Both the position numbers and the translations under genes were made by a program. The notes beneath the pieces are model-generated. The model was given only the letters and a program-made list of their open reading frames with translations, was not told the origin of the DNA and searched no databases. Of a stretch of DNA of 51,741 nt, positions 41,599 through 51,741 are shown piece by piece. Positions within the stretch are counted from its first letter, which is position 1, and the number at the start of each line of letters is the position of its first letter. Origin of the DNA: Conidiobolus incongruus B7586 (Eukaryota); NCBI GenBank assembly GCA_000697335.1, contig JNEM01009149.1, forward strand, positions 1-51,741, written 5' to 3'.

Positions 41599-43009
41599 TT
41601 CATTAAATATAATTATCACAATTTTATTGTTGATAATTTTAAAAGAAGTATATTTATCCCTGTTAATTACGATTTGTAGATATAATCAGTTATTAATTAT
41701 TAATATTACAAGTTTAACTACTTATATGTGATCCCTTACAAAATATATGAGGAATGTCTTTTTCTCTGATGTGATTATCTCATGATCAAAAGTACTCAAT
41801 TGATTAGTTTAATAAGTAATATGACCTGGGTATTTATATAAGATAAATTTTAATCCAATAAAATCTATCTTGAACAGGATGATGTACCATAATATTTTGT
41901 TGTAATGTCGTTACTAATAAAAATATATTCTCAAAGCACATTAAAAACTAAATACTTGAAACAATCTTATTAATATTAAATACTGATTACTAAAGGAAAA
42001 TATGAGTAGAATATTATTTTGATGATTAATTTTAGATTCAATTTTTCAATTTCTAATTATACTGTATTCGCAATATTATATTCTATTAATTATGTTTTTT
42101 CACTTTGTAATTGGTTTGGATAATTTAAATATTTTCAATATTGTTCTTCGAAAAAGATTATTTAAATTTAGATAAAAAAACATTTCAATCATCTAATTGC
42201 TTATAATTTAAATAAAATTTTAATGTTAGAAAATTTATCATATTATTTTCTGATTAGTAATTTATGTTAAATCTAACACCAATTTGTTATAATCTAAAAT
42301 ATAGAATTTAACTAAATATATAGAACGATTAATAGGAACTTTGACGTCCAAATATTTATCTAATGATAAATATACCTGATATTATTTGTGAACTTAATTT
42401 CATTAACATTATTAACTAACTTTAAAAACACTCTTTATAACTCAATCTGTGCTTTAATTAGTTTTAGGCAAAGGTTTTTGTTGAAAGATTTTACTATTAT
42501 TATTGGTTATAAGTTATTATCTCAGGTATATTGATTAAATAAAAAATTAATTTTTTGCAAATTCGCAACAATTTCTAATAAAATAAGTTTTTATTTATTG
42601 TTTTATTGGCATGTTCAATAAATATGATATTTCAAACCCTTAAATTAATTGTGGGAATTCAAGGTAATAATTCAATCTTATAATATTTAATTGAAATTAA
42701 ATTCAAAAATTGTATAAAGCTTATTAAAATTTGAATTAATAAATATATTCAAATTAAGGCTGGTTATTTAATCAATCTTAATATATAATTGAAAATGATT
42801 TTGATTGACTAATAACTAGGTAAATATAACTATAATGATTCTTAATCAAATATATCGTAGTAAAAATTGTGAACCATATTTACAGATTTTATAATAAAAA
42901 TTACAGACTAGTATTATTATTCAACCTGTGTATTATCAGCAATTTAACCAGCTTTGGAATGACTTCTTGTACTCATCCTTCTATGACCGCTAAGTCCCGC
43001 GAAAGAAAC

Positions 43010-46000
43010 TTATTTCGACAAATTGCGAATCATAGCGTTCAGGTCTAGATTTAAGAGCCTACGAACCTCATTAATAGACTGCATCGATTCGTCGCCATGA
43101 TTTTTGTCAGGATGCTTCAATGTTCGGTTTTGGATAGGGTCTTCAGAGGTTGGAAAGTTGAGTGTTTTGAATTGCAACGGTGGTGTTTCGGTGGGTTGGG
43201 GAGGTGGTGGGAATTGAGGCATGAGTTTGTCGCGACGGAATTGGGGATCAAAATTGTTCTGAGTTGACTTGAGGATTAAGTTAAGTTTTTTGAACATTAG
43301 ATCGTGATAATGTGATTGATTCACTTCCTTTCTTACGACCGGGACTTCGGTAGCGATATTTTGATTATTAATCACTTCTGAAGGCTTTGGTGCTTGACAT
43401 GATTTTTTAGCTTCTTCAATGAAATCTAATACATTTCCAACATGGATTCGAGGGTCGAAGTCCGTGGGAAACCTCGTACAATCTAACCTAGATTTATACT
43501 TATAGCACTAAACAAACCATTGGTAAAATTCAAAAAAAAGAAAAATTATACAAATTACCCAATCAATCCAATAACAGCTCACCAACTCAGTACCTGGGAA
43601 CTCCTTCACAATTTTTCTGGAGGTAAACTCTGGCTTGCAACTAGATCGAAGATTTTGGACGATATGGGTAGTTTTTTCGAAGGGTTTGAAGCATAGTTCA
43701 CCACCCATCTCCGAAATCTTCTGCTTGAAATCTCGTAAGGTGGCGTCATCGAGATTATCTAAGTAGATTACGTATCCTTGCATAATGTGGGTGATATCAG
43801 TGCGATGGAATGGTTGATCCGCGATTGAAGCTGAAAAAACTGGCTGCGATTTGGGTATTGTATCTGCCTTTGTAACTGGAATTGGGGTAGATTCAGCAAT
43901 TTGAGGTGGCTTCGGAGTTAGAAAGTGAGTAGTGGGCCGTATATCAGATGACTTCATTTGAAGCTCAACATTTGTCAAACTCAAATGATTCTTACCGGTT
44001 CTGATAATTTTATAAATTTCGTCCACATCGATGATTGGAATTCCCTTACGTTCGGCTCTCATGGTCTTTTTGCTTTTAAGTTTGGCATTGGCATTAACTA
44101 GATGCGTACATTTAGAATGAAACACTTCTGAAGTGTGTGCACCTAATCTCTTTAGCACTTTCATGAGGTGACTTCTTTCGAAGAAATGTACATTGGTAAA
44201 GACAAATACAAACATGTCAAATCCTAATTGAAAATATATTAGAATGATAATAAAGTTATATATTCGACTTACCTGGGATAGGCTGACAAATATCCAAAGG
44301 TTGGAATAATATATTGTCAGAAGTATTATAAAACATTTGGTCCTAAAAATCAGTCAATATTTGATAAATATAATTGTCAATTGTTATTACATTGATGCAT
44401 CTTTCAATCCAAAATTCCGTAGCGTAGAAATTACTCTTCTTGGGATTTACAGCAACACTTCCGTCGTATGGCAAGATACACATCGTTGGAGCTTTGGGTA
44501 TTGGTTCTGATATTACCACACCGCCACAATATTGGATCGATTCCTCAATTCTTCTGCTCTAAAATCAAATGATTAGATTTCAATCTTTTGGCCACTTATA
44601 ATCATTACATCTTCCTCAGAAAAACCATAAATCAAAAATTTAAAATATTTGAAAATGCCTAAACTCTCAGGAGTTGAAGTTTCCTGCTCGCTAGAATGGA
44701 TTTCCGTTACAGCTGTGGAGGTGCTGGATGTAAATATCATCTTTGACTCATATTTGACCATTGGTGTATTTTGATTCTGTGTCCAAGCACCAGTTTCTGA
44801 ATCTACCAAATATTTGGTTTCGTCAATCAACTTTTGATGATAGTGACAGTCTTCTATCCAGTTGGATTGCACGCATTTCACCTGGGATTGATCAATACTT
44901 GAGAGTAGTTTGAGATCTTCAGGAGTGAAGCCAGACCTCAACACGATGAAATGGGTAATATGTCGAATGGAGTCTTTGTCATGAATGTATCCGTGTCCTG
45001 TTTCGATCATGTGTTTGATATGTTTTTGAAGATATAATATATCTTCGGGTAAATAGATATGACAACCTGAGAAATATTTGGTAGGATCACCTATACAACA
45101 TGGATTAATTTTGATTTTTCAAATTTGGAATAGGTATATTACCTTGACCGTCATAAGAATTAGGAGCACCGTATGGAAATTTGGTCAAAGACTGAAACAC
45201 TAGTCATGAGCAAAGTAAGCATATAATAAATGGTGCAATTATTAGCATTTACCCAAAGATTTTTCACACTCCAAAATCCAATTCAAATTGACAACTCTAA
45301 ACTTGTCATTTTTCATAACCGATATTGAATCAAATGAAAACACATATCTATTGTAAAAATTGGAATTAAGGAATAATAACAAATCATAAACTTATAAATG
45401 ATATAGAGTGTTATATATGAAAAAGGATATAGTTAAAGCAATAATATTCGTTTCGGGATTGATTTTTGCATCTAATTTACCACCTAAATTTTTTATAATT
45501 TGTTTAAATTTTAAAAATTCTAATCAAATAGTTAGATGAAATATGTTGTATAATTTAATGTATTTTAATATATATTTACCAGTATCTTTATGCGAATCAA
45601 ATCCCAATATGATGAAATTTAAATTGTGAAATGGTAAGAGCTTAAAATTTGATAAAAGCTAAAATGTTATTAATTATTCAATAATAATAATTATAAAATT
45701 TGATATATATACTTGTTCCAAATTCACATTATTGGTGTTGCTATCTTCCAGCTTAGTCAGAAAATTAGGATGTAATATAGTGATATTTTTATCGACAGCT
45801 TTCTAAGCTCTTATCGTTAAATATTATTTAAATAATTTGGGGATAGATGTTTACCCTATAACTTGCAGTATTCACCGCCTTGCAAATATAATAATTCACC
45901 TTATTATCATCGATTTGATCCGTTTCTTGGCCTCCAAATCTTATTATTTTTTGTTTTAATGAAATCTATTAATAAAAAATTAATATAAAACCCTTTTATA

Positions 46001-46135
46001 AAAAAAAGAAAATACATAGTGTTGAATGTCTTTGAAATCATCTCTAATTATTAAAAATTTGAGACCTTGTAAAGGTGCTCTCCGCCCTAATTCAGCTCGC
46101 TGAACTTGGGTTGAAAAAAATCTTCCAGATTGCAT
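43010..46135 (-). CDS. TOPBP1: Six-BRCT checkpoint/replication scaffold, TOPBP1/Dpb11/Rad4(Cut5)-like; 12 exons: 46135-46016, 45965-45855, 45802-45713, 45658-45580, 45519-45431, 45352-45253, 45199-45143, 45090-44609, 44558-44391, 44342-44273, 44223-43559, 43507-43010 (842 aa)
   Basis: Manual splicing gives one open frame with BRCT hallmarks: IIRFGG, IKNLGG..VVNLNWILEC, FSGCHIYL..ITHFIV..VQSNWIEDC, QYCGG..ATEFWIERC, LKRLGA..CTHLV, ISEMGG..TTHIV..VSCYWIDWC..RL..FP; ten GT-AG introns plus one AT-AC intron. Orthology (vs Rtt107/Brc1) inferred from domain spacing. Confidence 0.8.
45353..45430 (-). other. U12-type (minor spliceosome) AT-AC intron, 78 nt, phase 0
   Basis: 5' site ATATCCTTTT (45430-45421), branch TTCCTTAAT (45373-45365), 3' end TTTTTAC (ends 45353); removal joins ..IIALT|NRYVFSF.. 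in frame and removes in-frame TAA 45394-45392. Confidence 0.92.
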
Positions 46136-46436
46136 TATTCTGTAAGTTATATTTAATTAGTAATTCAATTTTTTAGTTTCAGAGTTCTGGACTGAGATAT
46201 TTGTGATATTTAATATTTTAATGAGTTGCAAGTTAATATTATAGGATAATGATTATTGATGATATGAGTATGATCAAATTGTGAATTGAAAATAATATTA
46301 ATAAATATTGATGATAAGTTGTGACTCAGTATCAAGAATTGGGTAAAAAGTTGGATGTTATTCCTGCTAGATATACAAAAAGGTAGGAATATTTAAATTA
46401 TAAATTGGACTGCTTATAAATGACAAATATCTACAA

Positions 46437-46723
46437 TGTCACTAACCAGAGATTATAAAGATTTAATATTATTTTAGTCCTTGACTTAATTATTAAATGG
46501 TAAATGATAAGTTAAAGATTTAAGTAATAGATAGATTTGTGTTGGAAAAAGGTATCTTTATTGTAGTGTTCTCAACTAAAGTTATATATCCAAGGTAATT
46601 TATAGATTATGACTCATCTTTTAAGGAGTTAAAGTTCATCAGTATTGAGATAAGAATTATAGATGGCTAATGAGGCTTTGCAATACATAAGTGAATTTAA
46701 AATGATGACAACATCTAATGACA
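46437..46723 (-). mobile_element. Possible solo LTR upstream of TOPBP1-like gene
   Basis: TGTCACTA...TAATGACA termini; TATA-like and AATAAA motifs on minus strand; no convincing TSD. Confidence 0.25.
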
Positions 46724-48007
46724 TTATGGAAGTGGCTTTACTATTTAGATACTTGCCTGTAATATTAATTCTTATCCTTAATTAAAAATTATTAAATTTG
46801 TTATTTAAATTAAGAATCAACTATTCTATATTGGTTATTCTATCTTTATTCTCAATTACAAATTATACATATATTTTTATAAAAATTATATTTCAATTTA
46901 ATATAGAACAGCATCAAAATATTTATATCAGCATTAACTATGCAAATTAGACATTTAACTTTGCATTAAGGAAAAAATTCTAGTATTATGATGATTTTTA
47001 TTACTTATTAGATATATGAGTCATAAAATTAGTCATGTTCTTATTATTAGATGATGCTTAGATAATGATAACTAATATTTTTAGTTACCAGTCTCATGAT
47101 ATTAAACAGAAAATTGTTGATGTAATAAACTCTCTTACACTCTCTTTGAGTTCATACATATTCTTTAGTGTTATTGTTGGTCAATCTTTATATTTTTTAT
47201 TTATTTGCAAAAATGATTTCCAACAATATAAATTCCAATATATATCTTAGCCATTCCTAAAGCTATAGAACTGAAAGCCAAGGAGTATTTTAGCATTACT
47301 TATAAATAAAATAGATTGATGTCAATATATTAAAATAATTATATTAAAATTTAAAAAATTAAAATAGGTTTAAAATTCTAAATTGAAACCTGAAAAAATA
47401 ATGTAAATTGAAATAGAAATAGATTCATTGAATATCATCTGTTGTATCTATAAGATTATATTGCTTCCATAATAATCTCATCGAACAGGCTATTTTTATA
47501 TTAGAACTAGAATAATTTTGGAATGGTACCTAACTAATAAAAAACAAGGGAAAATTCAATTTAAACTTTATCAAAGAATGTATAAATCAATGATATAAAA
47601 CAAATAATTATATTTATAATACTGACCAACTTGTATAAAGTTTGCTCAATATTTCATAACAATCTAACATATGATATATACTAACCAAAAGACATTATAT
47701 CGCACACTTACCAGGATAAAAGGGTATTATTGATTAATTATATAGATCGGTCACTATTACATCTTTAATCTCCCAAATCAGTTAATTTAAATATTATTAA
47801 TGTTGTCATTAATTAATTTTTCTAAAAAAATTAAGTGGAGATAATTATTAGAAAATTCTTTTTATTTAGTTTAAGAATTGAATTAATATTTTTTTCAAAA
47901 TTCATGATAATATTACAAAATAAATTTAATAAATACATTAAATCATCTACTTTACACAAACTAAAATTTTATCACAATACGTCATCAACTTCTACACAAG
48001 CTAAAAT

Positions 48008-49637
48008 GTATTTATCAAAGTCTAAATTATGTAACCAAAAGAAGATAAGATGTTCTCGACATTTACTAAAATATCAAAATTGTACTTAACGCGAATTGCA
48101 GTGTATTTATCCCAAGTTGCCGCATAGAAAACACTGTAAACATAAAGTGTGTTTGAGATACCATGCGAAAATGAAGGCCTAAAATACTAGAACTGAAATT
48201 AATATTAGTGATAGTAAAATTTGCATCAATCTTTTAAAAAATCTGTTTATGATGAATAACCATACTCTTTTATTTTGTGTAAGATTATTAAACCTATTGA
48301 TATTACAATTAAGGAGAATATTGATACCGTGATGGTGAAAGCGGATGAAAATGTAAACTCCTAGATATTTCAATATAATTTATTATTTTATTATTCTTCA
48401 AGAGAACCATGTTATCAATAAAAATCCGGAACTTCTGAGGCAAGTTGATGGGCTTAAAGATAAGGTGAAGTTTGAGATCTTCGATGAATGTTCCAAATCC
48501 AGGTTCCAGCTGAAAAATGAGTGGGCTCACAACTTCTAAGACTCAATTTTAAATAATCTTTAATAGATATCTACTATATTAACATCCTTTTTGACTTTAA
48601 TTATCTGCTGAAATACCACTCTTATAAGAATATTAAAATTATTCCTGAATTGCTGCAGAGTGGAATCAAATAATTTTAGTACAACACCCATCCAAAGCAA
48701 AATTTGGGGTTCGAAAATATCTAAAACATTATGTACTCATCAAACTGAATAAATATGTTTGTGAATATCACAGTGTGTGAAGCACTGTCCATTTTTAGTC
48801 ATATGATATTATCTGCGGGCTTAGGGAAACAATCATTACCCTGTTATTGTCAAGCATGTAGAATAGCTTTCATTGTAGGTATTGCACGAGATATACCGAA
48901 TTTTTTGAGTATGTAGCAGCATCGTAGATATTATATTAGATCAACGGCCATCCCTCCCAATGCTCGCGTTCAACAAATTTTACTATTCAATCCTATTTCA
49001 TCTATCATGCTCCAGTACTTACAAACTACGATCCCAAGTATCAAACACATTCTGACTCCAATTATTGTGATGAGTATTTAAATGTTGAATGTATATCGGT
49101 ATTTCAAAATGCTTCAGATGGATACTAGAGACGAATTATCAGTCATTTAGATATATCAACAGAGCGAACACAGCTACAACACCTTCAATTAAACACCAAA
49201 AATGGCATACTCATGCTCAATTCTTCCAAAAATACTTCACCGATGCTATATCAGAACCCTTGAACTTTTTCTAACACTGAGAGAGAGGTATTAGCACGTT
49301 ACCAAAGCAATTTCAATTGTTAGTTGATTTGTATCGGTGTTCCCACTCCTTTGCTACCAAATAATTCCACTAATCCAATTTCAGTACATAGCAACGTAGG
49401 GCACTGACGCCAACACGATTGACCCACCCTCTCGTCGAGTTGCAAGCAGTGGAACTCATGTACAAAGTTATTCTAACCAACATAGAAAACTGCATCTACC
49501 CCTTCTATCAACTCCACACCACCATGAGCCTCTTCTTCATCAAACTCATGCTCAACTACAACACTCACACTACACTTCAACTAAATATCCAAACTGAATT
49601 GATAAACATCAGTATAAAAATTTTAAATTTAATGTAA
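48008..49637 (+). pseudogene. Zn2Cys6 TF paralog 6, divergent pseudogene
   Basis: LCNQKKIRCSRHLLKYQNCT*RELQCIYP (relic zinc cluster), VKFEIFDECSKSRFQLKNEW (cf. LQLGIFGGVTKVNFHMNQEW), KYLKHYVLIKL, VCEALSIFSHMILSAGLGKQSLPCYCQAC..VGI..DIPN, YDPKYQ; stops and frameshifts; limits approximate. Confidence 0.85.
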
Positions 49638-50589
49638 ATTCTAACATAATAGTATTGAAGTTAAAAATATTGGAATTTTATAAAATTCAAAAACATTGCT
49701 AAATGAAATATAATTTTTTTTATTTAATAATATATAAAATCATTAAAGACTGTCAAATAGCTCAACCCAAAAATATGTATTTATGATACTTGCGATTTTA
49801 TATATATATATATATATTTATTATTATTCAACATTAATCTCAAAGAACCAGAATTTTCCTTAATATTTGGTGGATATTAATATTACTTTTTTTTATTTGT
49901 TGTTTGTATTTAATTTTATATCCATTAAAGTTTATTAATATGAATTTCAGCATTTAAAGTTTCATAAATTTATGAATTTTCAATATTCTATATTATGTTA
50001 TTTAAAAAGGCTACAAAAAGATTTCTAAAATTTTATAGACTCTATAATAAAGTTATATTTGTATATAATTAATAATGCTTTTGATTATAAAGCCAAATTG
50101 AAGTAACTAAAATTCATTAAATATTTTCACTATGATAATAATTTCTTAATTTTTATAAACCATATATTTTGAAAATTGAATAGTTTGCCAATAAATTATC
50201 TTAATCATTTGAAAATATGCTTGAATATTATATTCATACTTTGTATTCTATTGATATAGAGATTTAATTTATTAATTTTTCAATTAGAATATGAATCAAA
50301 TTACAATTTTAAATAAATCCAAAAACTTGAAGCATAATAATTTTGTAATACTAATAATAATGATAGTAGATATTAAGTTCAAACTATTGAAGATTCAATA
50401 ACAGAATCTATTAAAAATTAGAAATTCATTAATATATATATATCAATCTCTTTGCTTAATTTCAGCAAATTGATATTTAAATTTTATTTTGAAGTATTAC
50501 TTTGTAATTTAAATAATGGAATTTTTTCTGATTGAAAAAAAATATATATTTTAATATATAAAAAGTAACAATAAATATATAATATAAAA

Positions 50590-51610
50590 TTTTTAATTTC
50601 CTCTATTTCTAATAACTTTTTGCTATACTTTTAACAAAGATATAATACTTAAAAATAATTCTTTTTATTAAAAACTAAAATTTAATATTTTACAAACCAA
50701 TTAAATTTTTTTGTAAAGTTTTTTTTTCTTATAAATTAGTTTTTTAATTGCCTAAAACAATTATAATTACATAAGATATAATCTAAATAATATACTAGAT
50801 GTGGTAGTTTTTTCCAGTTATTTTCAATTAGAAAATTTTTTATAAATTTAAATTTATGTATTTTATAATTATTATGTAAAATAATAAGTTTTCTCAAATT
50901 ATATTAAAAATACTAATTCAAAATAAATTTATTTAAAAAAAATATAAAGTTTATTATTAATTAATTTTCTTTTAAGAATTAAATGAAAATAATATATATT
51001 ATTATAATCTATTAAAATAATTTATTTTCACTTATTAAAAAAGTGTTTATTTAAAGGAATTTATAAAAAGGGTTGATTTAACTTAATCTAAAACTTTAAT
51101 TTATTTTTTAATAAAAGATTATATAAATAAACTTAAGATTTATAAAATTATAATAATTTATTATAAAATTTTAACTTCTAGCTATATATTAGTAAGTCTT
51201 GTTTGATAATAATTACCCTAGTTTTTTTTAAGCTTTAGTTAAATAATAAAGTATTTATTTTATATTTTTATTAATTAATTTTAATATAAACTTTAATATA
51301 TATAAAACACTTATATAACTAATATTAAAATGTTTTAATAATTCTTTAACTAAAATAAAAAGATACTTTTTAATATATTTTTCTATTTTATTAATAATTA
51401 TAAATATAATAATTGAAATTAATCTTTAAGATTTTAATAAGTTTTAGGTAGTTTTATTCTTAATTTTAAAATAATTTACCTAGTGATAAATTGTTGAATT
51501 AGATAATACTTTATCATTAAAAATAGCTTGTAAATTTTAAATGATTTTAAAGGATTTATGGTTTAGTTTTATTAATACTAAAATAAAAAACTTTTAATAT
51601 TTATTATTTA
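50590..51610 (-). mobile_element. Mariner (DD34D) transposase relic, hypermutated; element probably extends past window end
   Basis: Minus strand: *ILYYL (51257-51240, from WVPHYL), KS*VYLYN (from ESWVYLYN), IILHNN (50873-71, from HDN), WKKLPHLVYYLDYILCNY (from WEELPHPAYxPDxAPCDY), SLLKV*QKVIRNRG (from LPxxWQKVI); exactly 34 codons between 2nd and 3rd catalytic positions; start approximate. Confidence 0.88.
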
Positions 51611-51741
51611 TTTCAAATATAATTAAATTTAAAAACTAATTTTAAAATATTTTTTTAATCAAAAAAACTATATACATTAACCTACAAAAATAAGTTATAA
51701 AATCAAAAATATATATATTTTAATTAATAACTAAAACAATT

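Noticed and set aside
45659..46015. GTAT-starting introns 1 and 3 of the TOPBP1-like gene as additional U12 introns
   Set aside because: 5' sites are GTATTT and GTATAT, lacking the required RTATCCTT; treated as U2-type
48179..48530. Minus-strand ORFs suggesting an internal inversion in paralog 6
   Set aside because: Plus-strand translation of the same region aligns with the TF family, so no inversion is needed

Overview
Very AT-rich eukaryotic genomic DNA from a fungus, judged by its Zn(II)2Cys6 genes and short ~48-62 nt introns. An early-diverging lineage such as Entomophthoromycotina/Conidiobolus-like is plausible but is inference only. Conserved genes: KRR1 (4 exons, minus) divergent from VPS53 (3 exons, plus), a 12-exon six-BRCT TOPBP1/Dpb11/Cut5-like gene (minus), and an intronless RNI-like LRR gene. 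The middle of the window holds an array of six paralogous intronless Zn2Cys6 transcription-factor genes, three intact and three pseudogenes, interleaved with solo LTRs. Mobile DNA: the intact 3' end of a chromovirus (Ty3/gypsy) retrotransposon, a 2.5 kb PIF/Harbinger element and a DD34D mariner. The latter two are so saturated with C>T/G>A transitions that they read as AT-rich junk, yet their catalytic motifs can be back-reconstructed, which suggests RIP-like genome defence. Top observations: (1) a textbook U12-type AT-AC minor intron in the TOPBP1-like gene, required to keep its frame open; (2) RIP-like hypermutation of two unrelated DNA transposons; (3) an animal-type DD34D mariner in a fungus; (4) an inverted solo-LTR pair bracketing the only inverted TF paralog. 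All alignments were done by eye; no database searches were run.
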